Of a stretch of DNA of 64,000 bases, positions 41,634 to 55,989 are shown in pieces (position 1 is the first letter of the stretch; each line of letters opens with the position of its first letter). Below the pieces are notes generated by a model. It made no database searches and had not been told where the DNA came from. It worked only from the letters and a program-made list of their open reading frames with translations. The stretch is taken from the NCBI RefSeq assembly GCF_009914755.1, contig NC_060940.1. One strand, written 5' to 3'. Source of the DNA: the human T2T-CHM13v2.0 reference genome, Homo sapiens. A program made the position numbers and the translations under genes.

Positions 41634-41917
41634 TTAATTTCCCCCTTTTAAGGCAACTAGCAGTTTTATTCAATAACTGAAACTTACCATAGGCTAGAGT
41701 ATAGGAGAAAAATTGGAATACAGAGTATCTAAGATGCCTAAAGGCTCAGTGCTCAAAAATTCTTCTTGAGATGAACATCACAGTTTATTTCTACATTCAG
41801 CAGCCATAGCTACACATAAGCCTTTCCTATTTCCAAGTCTTTGAACTGTCAGTTCTTCCTGGGATACACCCTCTGTATCCTTATTCCTTAGGAGCAGCCC
41901 ACATTCACACTCTAAGG

Positions 41918-42375
41918 CTGCACTGTCCCATGGAACATTGACATTATTGCAGGAAGTTCTGCCTCTACACAGCCCAATATGGTACCCACTAACCACATGT
42001 GGTCAATGCAGTTATAAAGTCTTTACTAATTTTAATTGGGGCTCAAAAAGTAACACTTCATTCCATTATTGGGACAACTTGGCAGTTGAATGTACCTTTT
42101 TCCTGATACATTTTAATCTATTTACAGATAAAATATTTTTTACTGAAAACGCAATGTCCACACTGAGATGTTTTGTAAGCGTAAAATACACATTGGATTT
42201 CAAAAGCTTATCACACGAACACAAAAAGAATGGAAAATGTCTCCTTAATAATCTTTGTATTGATTTCATTTGGAAACAAATCCCTTGTATTTCTTTTCAC
42301 TTTTTTTTTAACGTGGCTGCCAGAAAAGTATTAAATTATTAATATGGCTCACGTATTTTTATCAGATGGTGCTAA
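41918..42375. mobile_element. MER3/MER33-type (Charlie) DNA transposon relic
   Basis: gcccaatatggtacccactaaccacatgtgg; gtaagcgtaaaatacacattggatttcaaa. Confidence 0.7.
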
Positions 42376-42423
42376 TGTAAATAAGGCCTATTTTTGATAC
42401 AGTCTCTCCTCAGTGGAATTATG

Positions 42424-42710
42424 TTTTTGAGACAGAGTCTTGCTCTGTCACCCACACTGGAATGCAGTGGCGTGATCTGTGCTCACTGCAACCTCTGCCT
42501 CCGGGGTTCAAGAGATTCTCATGCCTCAGCCTCCCTAATAGCTGAGATTACAGGTATGCACCACCATGCCTGGCCAACTTTTGTATTTTTGGTAGAGATG
42601 GGGGTTCACCATATTGGTCAGGCTGGTCTCAAACTCCTGGCCTCAAGTGATCCACCTGCCTCGGCTGCCCAAAGTGCTGGGATTACAGGTGTGACCCACT
42701 GAGCCCGGCC
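42424..42710 (-). mobile_element. AluSz-like
   Basis: ctcaagtgatcc; TSD-like TGGAATT. Confidence 0.92.
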
Positions 42711-43092
42711 CATGGAATTTTACTTGATCTCTTTTATACATTGTTTATACATCTTTGATGGCACTTAACACATTTTGAGAGACAATGTCCTTCCCTGCCT
42801 TCCCACTAACTGTAATTCATCAGATGCGGTGGCCCAGGACAGGGCCTAACACAGAGTAGCGACTCAAATATTCTCTGAATTGAATTCTAGCCATATGTAT
42901 GGCTGATTAACATAGACATTCACTGCTTACTGATTAATTAAAGTGATCATAGCCTGCTTTGTTGTTAGAATGGAATTAATAGACCATTATATGATCAGTC
43001 TGGATATTTCCAGCAAATTTTAATTTTCTAAATTGGTAATGAGGCCACCAGATAAATTGCTTGGCAGTCAACTATTATGTCAGGTCATATAA

Positions 43093-43401
<309 letters not shown>

Positions 43402-43454
43402 AGTAGATCTTGATAGATTTGATGTTGATGGATTTTATGTGGGGATGGGGTGGG

Positions 43455-43456
<2 letters not shown>

Positions 43457-43488
<32 letters not shown>
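43457..43488. repeat. (GA)n microsatellite
   Basis: Perfect GA run. Confidence 0.95.
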
Positions 43489-43491
<3 letters not shown>

Positions 43492-44059
43492 ACATGACTG
43501 TATTTCTGAATTTGCCTATGTATATGATGGTGTTTTAATTCCAATTAAATGAAAACACTCATAACTTTTATCTTTTTTCACAACTGAACACAGTCAATTC
43601 TAACTTATTTTTGCTAAGTCTAATAAAAGCTATGTTCACCATTCGCAAGTGTTGCCCTCCTGCAAATTTTAATTAATGACAAAACATAATCGGGTGGTTT
43701 TGGCTTTTTGCCAAATACATATATATGCAAAACTTCCCTCCATGATCTACATCCCGCAAATAAAGGCATCTGAGCCCAAGGAGGAAGCAATATTTTTAAC
43801 CCTGAGTTTATCACCCTTTCGGTTCTCCATTTTAAAGGTTCCTAGAACTTTATTGTTATTATGAACATCTGGCCTCAGACTGAATTTATATTTAATTATT
43901 TGTGAACATTCAAGGACCTGGCATTTCAGCTTGAATTAGCATCCAGACTCAGGGTTGTTGAAGAATTTTCAAATTGGACTAGAATCTTCACTACCTAATG
44001 AATGTCTGGATCTAAGCCAAACATGGCTAACCCTACTGTCCTGCTTAGTTTTTACAACA

Positions 44060-44200
44060 GCCTTATAAAGTAGGCAATCCTACACTCATTTCTCAGATGA
44101 GAAAGTGGAAATTAAGAGAGATTAAGTAACTTGCCCAGGGTAACCCTCTTAAAGAACGGCAATGCTGAGACCCAAAACCAAGACTCTTCAATGCCACATC
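44060..44200 (-). mobile_element. MIR
   Basis: catttctcagatgagaaagtgg...attaagtaacttgcccaggg. Confidence 0.7.
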
Positions 44201-44483
44201 AGTGATCTGTCCACCACAACGTGTGTGAATGCTTAAAGCTTCCATGGGTCTTTGCTGTTTGCATAGCACACTCACACAAATGGTCATTTGACTCTCATAA
44301 GTACCCTCAGAAATCAATATTATGTCCCCATTGTACAGTGGAGGCTCTGAACTGAGCATGACCAAGGTGCAGAAGCATCTTGCAAAACAGTCTATTTGTG
44401 GTACAAACTGAGTTGCCTTTCTGTGTCACCTGCAATTGTACCAGAGCTCTGGATGGATTTTAAAATAGCACATGGCATGAGTT

Positions 44484-45080
44484 AAGCCACTATGGAAAAC
44501 AGTGTGGAGATTCCTGAAAGAACTAAAACTAGAACTACCATTTGATCCAGCAATCCCACTACTGGGTATCTACCCAGAGGAAAAGAAGTCATTATATGAA
44601 AAAGATACTTGCACACACACGTTTATAGCAGCACAACTCACAATTGCAAAATCATGTAACCAAATGCCCATCAATCCACAAGTGGATAAAGAAACTGTGA
44701 CATATGTATATATGATGGAATACTACTCAGCCATCCAAAGGAATGAATTAATGGCATTTGCAGCAACCTGGATGAGATTGGAGACTATTATTCTAAGTGA
44801 AGTAACTCAGGAATGGAAAACCAAACATCATATGTCCCCACTGACATGTGGGAGCTAAGCTATGAGGACGCAAAAGCATAGGCATGATACAACGGACTTT
44901 GGGGACTGGGAGGAAAGGATGGGAGAGGGGAGAGGGATAAAAGACTGTAAACAGGATGCCGTGTATTCTGATCGGGTGATGGGTGCACCAAAATCTCACA
45001 TATCACCACTAAAGAAGTTATTCATGTAACCAAACACCACCTGTACCCCAACAACCTATAGAAATTAAAAAAAAAAAAAA
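44484..45080 (+). mobile_element. L1PB1-like 3' end (ORF2 C-terminal remnant, 3' UTR, poly-A)
   Basis: ORF 44502-44858 reads WRFLKELKLELPFDPAIPLLGIYP...MEYYSAI..., the L1 ORF2 C-terminus. Confidence 0.92.
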
Positions 45081-45092
45081 GAAATAGACTTT

Positions 45093-45466
<374 letters not shown>

Positions 45467-45541
45467 TCACCATCCCCCTCATTCCACAGGGAGGTCTGCC
45501 AGGGGAGAAACTCGGCTCTCATAGCTGTTCCTTCTCTGCCG

Positions 45542-45681
45542 GACAGCTTCAGTACAATCTTGTTAGTGGACAGACGATCAAACACCAGGGATGTTCCGCA
45601 GCCTGAATGCAGACAGCTTCAGTACAATCTTGTTAGTGGGTAGATGATCAAACACCAGGGATGTTCCGCAGCCTGAATGCA
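45542..45681. repeat. 70-bp tandem duplication
   Basis: 45542-45611 vs 45612-45681, 3 mismatches. Confidence 0.96.
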
Positions 45682-45742
45682 GGTTCCCAGATTCGTAGGA
45701 GTTGTCTGAGATTCCAAAGTTCAAAGTCAGATGCTTTGGGTA

Positions 45743-45919
45743 GGGATGTGCTGGAAAACTGGCTCTCGGAGGCTGGAAGCCTTGAGTTGGAGTGTTTGCA
45801 GCTACTTTGGCATAAATTCTCCCACAGCGGCCAGTTTCAAGCTAGCAGCTTACAAAATCTCTGAATGTTTAACAATGGACTTCCATGAAGGAGTAGGGTT
45901 GACTTCAGCACGGCACTGG
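45743..45919. mobile_element. hAT-type non-autonomous element (family of 4035 and 58630)
   Basis: gtgctgg...taaattctcccacagcggccagtttcaagcta...cagcacggcactg. Confidence 0.5.
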
Positions 45920-47119
45920 CCTTGGGACTCAGGGACCGTGACACTGGAAGGGGTCAGGGGGCACATGGGTCCCAGGGGAGCTACGCTTGAGTGAAGCCCT
46001 CCATTGTGGAGAAGTGGCTTCCACACCCACCTGTTCACCCCGGGTTGCAGCTGGTCTCATGCCCAGTTTAGCAGTGAGGATCATTTTTTGACAACTCTGC
46101 CTGTTGCAGGTGTTAAGTAACTTGTCCAACTTCATGCAGCAAGTGCAACATAAAAGCAAAGCTCCACCACTCTTCTCCTTGGCACAGAAAAATCCAAGTC
46201 ACTCTCCTAAGGCTGGAAAATTCTGCAGCAATTGTCCCAGTTCTACCTGGAAAATGAGGAAGGGAGTGATAAAATTCTCTGTGAAGTGAGGAGAAATGAG
46301 GTTAACCTCGCCAACATTTATTTGATGTGCGTGTTTGTGCGCTGAGTCAGGGCCGGAGGTCGTGTCTTCGTTTAACAAATAGACCACATGTTGACAAGCA
46401 AAAAACGGCTTTCTTTGTCTGGCAAGAAAAGCCACTGCCTCGCTTCAGACAACGCTTTTTTTTGTTGGTGTCTCCGCTGACAACCCTGTTCAAAGAGAGC
46501 CACAAGGAATGAAAGTGAAAGCAGAAAAAGCCAACTTCGGTGTAATTAAGAGATATCACTGCCCGTTTTTCTCAGTGATGAGGCCGCAGCTGACTCAGTC
46601 AATAAGGGCCGTGAAGGAGTGGGGCCCAGGGCGCAGTGGGGATGGACTGGCCTTTTCACGGTCCAATTACTGGTCCAATTACTAGTCCAAGTTTTGAAGA
46701 GGATTGAAGTAGAACTGGATGGAGATGGGAAAGAGACCAATAAAGTGTTTTTTGTTTTTTAGGTTTTTTTTTTTAAGAGGGGAGGAATGAATGAAGAACT
46801 TCTTTTATTTTCTTTTCCGGCTTGGAGCTAGCTCTGGTTCCTAAATAGGGTCCTGGGGGAAAGACGTGATGTGAGTCTGGGTGGCTGGGAACAGTCCCTC
46901 CTGGGTATCTGCGCTTGGCCCACTTCTGCAACCAGTAATGGAGGAGACAGAAGAACGCTTGAATGTGGGTTTAATTGTTCCCATCTGTGAGTGTTGCATT
47001 AAAGATGTTGCTGTCTTCTGTTGCATCGGGTGGTTTGGGACAAGTGATGAAGAAAGAGAGTCAGTTGATGCCTCTTGAGCAGGCATACACTCTCCCTAGG
47101 CTGAAAATTGAGCTGCATT

Positions 47120-47730
47120 AATTCAGAAATATTTACTGAGCAACTACTATGTGTCAAGCACTGCACTGGCTACTGCTTATGGATTCCCCCGAGAAGAATG
47201 CCCGTCCTAGGAGAGGGGGCAGACCTGTAAACAGGCAGACAAGCGCTGTGATGGGGTGCTGTGGGATCTTGGAAAAATCGAGAAGGCAGAAGAAGTAATT
47301 CCGAAGAGGACTCCTGAAGGACGCCTAAGAGCAGGCAACGCGAAGCTGAGATGGGAAGAAAGCGCTCTCCAGGCAGTGGGAAGAACATGATCCAGTATCT
47401 ACGGGCGAGAGGGACGGTGGTCTGTCCAGAGAGGTGAGAATAATTCAACGTGGCTGTGATGCAAGGAGGAAATTGTCACAAATAAACTTGGAGAAATCAT
47501 CAAAGGCTGGAAGAGGAAAAATTGTAAAAACTACTGTATGGAATTTGGACCTTTTTCTACGGATGACTAAGTGTTATACATTGGGGAATCACACGATCAG
47601 ATTTGCATTTCAGGAAGTTTAGTCCTGTTACGCTGGGTAACACCTGAAGGCTGAGAAAACCAGGAGCAGGGGTGACAAAGAGGGAGGCTGTGACAGAAAT
47701 CCAGGAGGGTGACGAAGGGCTCCCAGGCAG
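47120..47730 (-). mobile_element. L2 remnant
   Basis: aaatatttactgagcaactactatgtgtcaagcactg...atcagatttgcatttcagg. Confidence 0.7.
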
Positions 47731-48613
47731 GGGAGAGGCAGAAGGACTGGAAAGAGGGCACAGTGAAGGGCCATGGTGGGGGATACCAGGCAACACTGGC
47801 AAGCAAGTGGACAGTGATGAGTGAGGAGGTAGAGGAAGGTCCCCTCTTAGCTGGGACATTATGCCTCTATAGGACGCTGAACAAAGTAACCTGCGGAGGT
47901 GTTACTTTGTGGGAATGTAGACTGTGAAACTGAAGGAACTGTTTTATCCACCTCCCCGTAGTTTGCTCTGTGCTGAGGCTGCTGTACTGCTCCTCTTTGA
48001 AATAAAAGAGAACTCTTCCCAGAGGTGACAGATCCACCTGCGTGCTGTATGTTGCATGGAGGTGGGCGAACAGGTTATGTGGAGGGTTGTTCTTGGAAAG
48101 ACGGATTCATTTTGCACCAGTGACAGGCTTGAGGGAACACCAGCGTGTCACACGTCTCTTCCCAGTGTCCCTGACTCATCCATGCCTAGGGATTTTACTT
48201 TAGTCCTTCCTTGCTGTGAATTTGAAAACTTTTATTTTATTTTTTTCTACTAGCTAAGAAATGTGTAACAGCTGTGTTCACTGTTGGCCTTCTAGCCTCA
48301 AATTTATTTTAAATACATTTCTTCTTAGTGATCTCTTCTTTGAATGCTGATGTTGGCTATGCATTAGTTTACACAATTCACAGGCTCTGTGTTGCTCAAT
48401 TTTTAGTTCATTTATTTGACAACTTGAAATTCATCACAAGTGGTGCTTTTATTTTGTTATTTGCATCTGGAAATCATTCCTAACATGCCATGAAATACAT
48501 CTGTTTTTTCCTTTTGCAAATCACTTTTTTTTCTTATTATAAGAGTAATATGTGTTTATTGTAGAAATTTTAGAGAAAAATACACATTGAAAAATAATAA
48601 TATAAAAATATCC

Positions 48614-48964
<351 letters not shown>

Positions 48965-49347
48965 CTATTTTTAAAGTGCGTATACATTCATAAAGACACA
49001 GCATCAGGCTGTACCACCAGAGGTTTAGATCCCATAGGTCTGGGGTGACACCTAACAGTTAACATTCCAACAAGCCTCCTGGCACTGCTGACAAGCCCAG
49101 CTCCATGGCCGGCCCACACTTTGAGGAGCTCCACTTCTAATCATACCTATTCCTACACATGACCATCTTGTGCTCATGCATTTTCCACTTGCAAATGTCT
49201 CAGAAACCTTCTTCATGTCCTTCATCAACACGTGGTATGGCAGACCATTGCTATGGCCAACACTGAGTTTCAGGGCTTCTAATGTGGGATCTACTGCCTC
49301 TGCAGGGACCCACAGATAGGTCTGTTCACTTTCTCATCTGATGTATC

Positions 49348-49646
<299 letters not shown>

Positions 49647-50386
49647 GATCTGATGTATCTTAAGGCATAGAGCATGACATAAAATGACTGAAGAGCACCT
49701 CACGATTTTTGTTTCTTACCCTTGTTTCTCCCTCCTGGGAACGGACTGACCCAAGGTTTAAGGCACCAAGAATGCCCAGCAATGTATTTTTTTCCCAGAT
49801 AAAGGAAGATCTGCCACATGAAAAATGACCAGTTATCTTGGTCTATTGATGCACAATTGCTAAACAGACAATTTTCACATCCATTCTCATTTGAAGTTCC
49901 CAATGAACCAGAGTCACTGAAGTATCCACTATTTCCCTTCCTGTTGCAGAGGAATCCACCTTGAAGCTATGAATACTTTTTTGTTGTATTTATATTTATC
50001 AACACTTATATCTTCTCCCTCTCCTGATTCAGTGAGATCAGAGAATATTAAAGCCGGAGGGGCTCTGGAGGTGGCCTGCTCCAAATACCTCACTTGATAG
50101 ATAAGACACAAAATGATTTTTCTGGGATCACAAGATGGGAACAGTCCTTAATAAATCTCTACTCCCTCACTCTGGTGCCCTTTTGCCTACACCCAGTATT
50201 CTGAGCCTTCATTGTCCTAGGAATGGCTGCCCTGAGCCTGGGGATGTCCCAGGGTTTTTAGGAGCCTCAGCATAAGCTTGACATAATTGATGTCAGCATG
50301 TTCACAATCTCTATAGGATCATTTCTACTGAGACTAATCTTATTCTTTATATTTTCATTTCTCTTCGCAGTGTTCTTAGAGGTTGA

Positions 50387-50781
50387 TTTTTTGTTTGTTT
50401 GTTTGTTTTTACTTTAAGTTCTGGGATACATGTGCAGAATGTGCAGGTTTGTTACATAGGTATACATGTGCCATGGTGGCTTGCTGCACCTATCAACCCA
50501 TCATCTACGTTTTAAGCCCCGTGTGCATTAGGTATTTGTCCTAATGCTCTCTCTCCTTTTGTCCCCAACCCCCAACAGGCCCCAGTGTGTGATGTTCCCC
50601 TCCCTGTGTCCATGTGTTCTCATTGTTCAGCTCCCACTTACAAGTGAGAATATGCGGCATTTGGTTTTCTGTTCTGTCTTAGTTTGCTGAGAATGATGGC
50701 TTCCAGCTTTATCCATGTCCCTGCAAAGGACATGAATTCATTCTTTTTTATGGCTGCATAGTATTCCATGTGCATATGTGC
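50387..50781 (-). mobile_element. L1PA (about PA7-PA10) 3' end
   Basis: tactttaagttctgggatacatgtgcagaatgtgcagg...gtgatgttcccctccctgtgtccatg. Confidence 0.9.
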
Positions 50782-51032
50782 TTTCACTTTAGGAGCTCAA
50801 CTAGCAACTCCCCCATGCACTCCCTCCTCCAGTGTCAGAGCACACTGCAGGACCCACCCAGTCTTTGAATAGGAAAGCACTGGCTGAAAAGCCCCAGAAA
50901 GTGGGAATGTACCAGTACAAGTTTCCCACCTGTGTATCCCACTGTTTTGTTTGGGGAGAACAACGGATATAACCGAAACGGGCTATCTGGTGAGCATAAG
51001 TTCTACATTAAGTTGTCCCTGTGCCTGAACCA

Positions 51033-51346
51033 TTTTTGTTTGTTTGTTTTTGTTTTTTTTTTTTTTTTTTTTGAAATGGAGTCTCATCCTATCACCCAGC
51101 TAAAGTGCAGTGGTGTAATCTCAGCTCACCACAGCCTCCGCCTTCTGGGTTCCAGCCATTCTCCTGTCTCAGCCTCCTGAGTGGCTGGAACTACAGGTGT
51201 GTGCCCCCACACCTGGCTAAGTTTTTTATTTTTTAGCAGAGGTGGGGTTTTGCCATGTTGGCCAGGCTGGTCTCGAATTTCTGTCCTCAGGACCCACCTG
51301 GGCCTCCCAAAGTGCTTAGATGACAGGTGTGAGCCACAGTGCCTGG
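51033..51346 (-). mobile_element. AluS, diverged, with small deletions
   Basis: Antisense Alu body and T-rich tail. Confidence 0.88.
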
Positions 51347-51349
51347 TTG

Positions 51350-51660
51350 CCTTGGGCCATTCTTCATCCAGCTGCCTCCTACTCATCCCTTGGGTCTGAG
51401 GTTGAACGTTACCTCCTCGGGGAAGCTTTCCTCAATTCCCCAAACTGAATCAGGTCCTTCCTCATGTGTAGCCGTTCGCCTAGTCCTTCTCCAGAGCACT
51501 GATCACACCAGTGATTAATTAAGTATTTGTTCAATTGATTATGCAGCAAACCCCAAGATAGCAGAATCTCAGTTTTTCTTATTTACCCTTTTATCTTCAG
51601 CATCTAGGATATGTCTGGTGGACTAGGCTCTCAATAAATATTTTTTGACTGAATGAATGG
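51350..51660 (+). mobile_element. L2 3' end
   Basis: ctcaataaatattttttgactgaatgaatg terminus. Confidence 0.7.
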
Positions 51661-51713
51661 TCAAAAAAGGCCAACTCCAGTGGTCTCTCTACAAGGTGAT
51701 AAAAGAGTAAAGG

Positions 51714-52008
51714 GGCCGGGCGCAGTGGCTTATACCTGGAATCCCAGCCCTTTGGGAGGCCGAGGCGGGCAGATCACCTGAGGTTGGGAGTTCAAAGACC
51801 AGCCTGACCCACATGAAGAAACCCCGTATGTACTGAAAATACAAAATTAGCTGGGTGTGATGGCACATGCCTGTCATCCCAGCTACTCAGGAAGGCTGAG
51901 GCAGGAAAATCGCTTGAACCCGGGAGGCGGAGGTTGCCATAAGCCAAGATCGTGCCGTTGCGCTCCAGCCTGGGCAACAAGAGTGAAACTCCACCTCAAA
52001 AAATAAAA
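51714..52008 (+). mobile_element. AluSp-like
   Basis: TSD AAAAGAGT(A/T)AAGG. Confidence 0.92.
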
Positions 52009-52819
52009 AAGAGTTAAGGGCAGGCTGTCTTGGACACATCTCTACCCCTATCTTACATGCAGAACGAATGGTATTAATTTTGTGATGAATAAAAAATATT
52101 TTTTCTTTGGATATATTTTAAACTTGGATATAGTTCACATATTATAAAATTGAGTATATTTGATCCAATATGTCAAGTACCATTAAATGGATAAAATGAT
52201 AAATTTGGTAGAAGAAAAAATATTTAGGAAAGTCTCAGAAATTTAAATGTAATAAATGAATATGTATTCATATACATACTATAAAACTCATTATGTAACA
52301 TATTACATAAAGCACATTTTGTGTTGAGGAGTGAGTTCCCTGTATTTAGCTTCATGGAAAAAATAGTTTCTTGTAGATAAATATTACAGGTGACTGAACT
52401 AAAAATATTTTGACAATGTGAACTACTTGGATAGCAATATTTTGAGTTGTTTTATACACTAGTTCCTTATCTTAAACAGAAGTTAACATACTCATTTATC
52501 AATGGAGAGGTGGCATTTATCATTAGGACCATCAAAACAATTGTGTTAAAATCTCAGGGACAAGAATGAGTGCAGGGATTGTAAGCTCCTCTGCTGGGTG
52601 CTTCGTTCTGCTCTTCTATACAACCTGCTCTGCATCCTCTTGAGTGCTTTTTAAACTTCCCTCGTCTCCTCCTTCGTTTCCAGGCTTTCTCACCCACTAC
52701 TCCTCTTTGCCGTTCCTCTGCCTGACTCTATTAAGATAAACTAATCCTTGGAATTTGCTGCTTTGAAGTTGATGTCGGCTGGGAAACTCATACACAGGCG
52801 TGTCCCAGTCCTGTGGTCT

Positions 52820-53035
52820 AGAATCAACATAGTGAGACGAGACAGAAGGCTGGTGGTTGCTGCTCTGCTGGTTACCAGCTGTTTAACCCTCGGATAGGTC
52901 ACACTGAAAACCCCTGGGCCCTGTTTGTTCTTGTATGAGATAAGGCTAGTAACACTCACATTCCACGTTTGGGGAAGGATAAAATGAAATCGCCTGATTG
53001 GTCATACTTGACCCACAGCTAGTGCTTGGTCAACG
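52820..53035 (+). mobile_element. MIR
   Basis: Degenerate MIR layout (cctcggataggtcac...aggataaaatgaaat). Confidence 0.45.
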
Positions 53036-54839
53036 TGCCCCTTCCTTCTTTCTCTCCCTACCTGGAGAGCCTACAGATGTGGTAAGTGATTCTGAAGGTT
53101 TCTCCCATGAGGAAGTGACACAGGCTTGTACTTATTTGGATAGTCAAGGCACCTTTTGTTCCTGCGGTTGACACTCTTCCAAATAGTTGAAGTTACGTGT
53201 AAGTGAACACCACCTAACCAATATGCTACTGTATTTATAAAGGATGCTAACTTGAATTAGCTTTGCCCAAGCAGAATATTTTAAAAAATAAAAATAAATA
53301 AGAAGCAGTAGTCCATTCTACCTGTCTGCCAATTTCTATGTTCTAGTTAAGGACATGGGAACACATGATCAGCAATACATGATCAGATATAATCACCACG
53401 AGACAAGGTGTGTTAACAACTTTACGTTCAGGGCCTGGAACATAATAGATGCACTGTATTTTTTGACTAAATAAATAGCTATTCCTGGAGGTGTGATGAT
53501 TATACTATGCCCAGATCCTGCCAAAGGCAAAAAGGCAAAAAGTTATATTCAGACCAGCTATCTCTCTATTTTTTTCCCTGCTCAGGGCTAAATTTTTCCG
53601 AAAAAATCACATAAGAGTCCAACTGTCAGAATGAGTTCATCACCTGGGCTGGGGATCCCAGATTCTGTGAGCAGAAGACTTCATCCACCCAGGTGTCTAT
53701 TTCAAGAACAGTCTCCTCTTTTGCAAAAGCGTTCATGGAAATGGCCTTCTCTCCTAACAGACAGCAGCTACAGAGCCTCCTTTCCCTGGGCTGCAGAGGG
53801 TAGGTTAATGGAGACTGAGGAGCCCTCTGGAGAACAGCAAAAGGAACACGATTTCACCCTTCTTAGCATCCTGGGGCTTGTGATACAGATGGCCCATGTT
53901 GCAAATGGAGACGCCGTGGCTATGTTGCCACTTGCCCTTGCAGACACAAGTACGGGGACATTATATTCAATTTTGGGTCTCCATCCATATGCTGCTCCTC
54001 CAATTTATTTGTCTACATGAAGGGATATGAAGCCCAAAGCCAGAGGACATCCAATTCGGCTTTAATTACAGTGATGAGCTGTTTGTCAGGGTGCCATGAG
54101 CTGCAACGCCACCTTGGTCGCTGACAAACTCGGAGCAGGGGTGACACCAACTCCCCTGTTGGCTGCTGATCATTGAGGCTTGGGCAGCAGCAGCACTTAG
54201 TTCAATATTTGTTGTTTGAAACCCAACAGTTATGACTCTGCCAAGCTTAATGAAAGGGAGAAAATAATTATCAGAGAGCTTATGCAATTTTGAAGACCAG
54301 GGGCTTTTAAACAAAGTTACCATGCCAGAAGTGTTCTTGGCATGTCATGAGGACTGTTGCCGTTATTAGCGATGACAATGCAGTCATTATTTTTACACTG
54401 GCTTAATTGTTCAGCAGACACCAAGGACCGTGTCAACACAGTTCTGCAAATGGAAACAAACACGCCATCATTCAGGGTCCCACTTTGATATTCTGCCTTT
54501 GCACTTGTTTCATTTTTTCTTTGAAGAACATTCTATAGATCGAAGGAATTATTCCAGACCTCTGATTCATGCTAGGCTTATTCTCTTCCTCATTCAGTCT
54601 CTCAATCAATCAATACTTACTGAGTACTTGTCATTGCAAGACCTGAGGAATAGAGGGGCTAGCAGACCAGCCTGGGTTCTGCCCTTATTGGAATCTTTCA
54701 CCTTCTACTGCAGAAGGTCCCACCTTTAGGTAGAATGATCAGAGATCTCTCTGAGGATGTCACATTTAAACTGTGACTCTAAGGATGAAAAGAAGCCAGA
54801 TTTGTAACTAATGAAAGGATGTTCCAGCCGGATGCTGGA

Positions 54840-55160
<321 letters not shown>

Positions 55161-55204
55161 TCAGGTGGAGGGATAGCAACTGCAGAGGCCCTGGTAGTTG
55201 AAGA

Positions 55205-55625
55205 CATTATGTCTAGATAACTCCATCACCATGGCTTATGCCATGTAGGGGTTTGTCTGTCTCACATAGCAAGAAACCTAAAAGTAGGCAAAAGTTTACC
55301 AGTGCAGCCATGTCAGGACCAGCATCTCTGCAATTTGTTTGGTCTTCCCTTATGGTTACAAGCTGCCTGCAGCAGCTCAGGCCATCCTATCTAAGGCTGG
55401 GGCAGGAGTAACAGGAAGGTTTTAAGCTAACTATATCTGTCATTTTTTGTTTGTTCTATTTCAAGAAAGCAAGATATTTTCCAGAAACTTTGAGCAGTTA
55501 TATGTGTATGTCACGTTAACCAGAATGGTATTCAACAGGCATCCCTAACTGCAGCAGCAGCTGGAGAAGTAAGATTTAGTTGCAAATACCAATAATTCAA
55601 GCACAATTGGAGTTTGGTTATCAAA
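55205..55625 (-). mobile_element. Old MLT1 (J/K-like) LTR
   Basis: ctcacatagcaagaa...atggttacaag...ccctaactgcagcagcagctggagaagt. Confidence 0.55.
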
Positions 55626-55698
55626 GGACAAAATAGGCCATAGATATTTCAAAAAAAATGGTATGTTCAAAGTATTATTTTAAAAAGGCCAGGGATGG

Positions 55699-55989
55699 GG
55701 CCAAGCATGGTGGCTCACGCCTGTAATTCCAGCAGTTTGGAAGGCCAAGGCAGACAGATTCCTTGAGGTCAGGAGTTCGAAGTTAGCCTAGTCAACATGG
55801 TGAAACCCTGTCTCTACTAAAAATACAAAAATTAGCCTGGTGTGGTGGCACACACTTGTAATCTCAGCTACCCAGCAGGCTGAGGCAGGAAAATTGCTTG
55901 AACTCAAGAGGTGGAGGCTACAGTGAGATGAGATCACGCCGCTGTACTCTGGCCTGGGCAACAGAGTGAGACTCCATCTTAAAAAAAAA
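55699..55989 (+). mobile_element. AluSz-like
   Basis: Full sense Alu. Confidence 0.92.

Noticed and set aside
41707-41728. AAAATTGGAATACAGAG resembling part of U6 snRNA
   Set aside because: Short gapped match with no flanking U6 sequence; likely chance.
44502-44858. 118-aa ORF with real protein similarity
   Set aside because: It is the C-terminus of L1 ORF2 in a 5'-truncated dead element, not a host gene.
45542-45681. Direct repeats considered as CRISPR-like (also 57183-57272)
   Set aside because: No unique spacers, eukaryotic context, no cas genes; these are tandem duplications.
53038-53087. Pyrimidine tract followed by a TG|GTAAGT donor (possible microexon)
   Set aside because: The first downstream acceptors are weak GAG, and the CAG option gives a 5-nt exon; not supportable without junction reads.
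54104-54121. CTCF-like GCAACGCCACCTTGGTCG
   Set aside because: Lacks the conserved CC at the start of the core; weak match.
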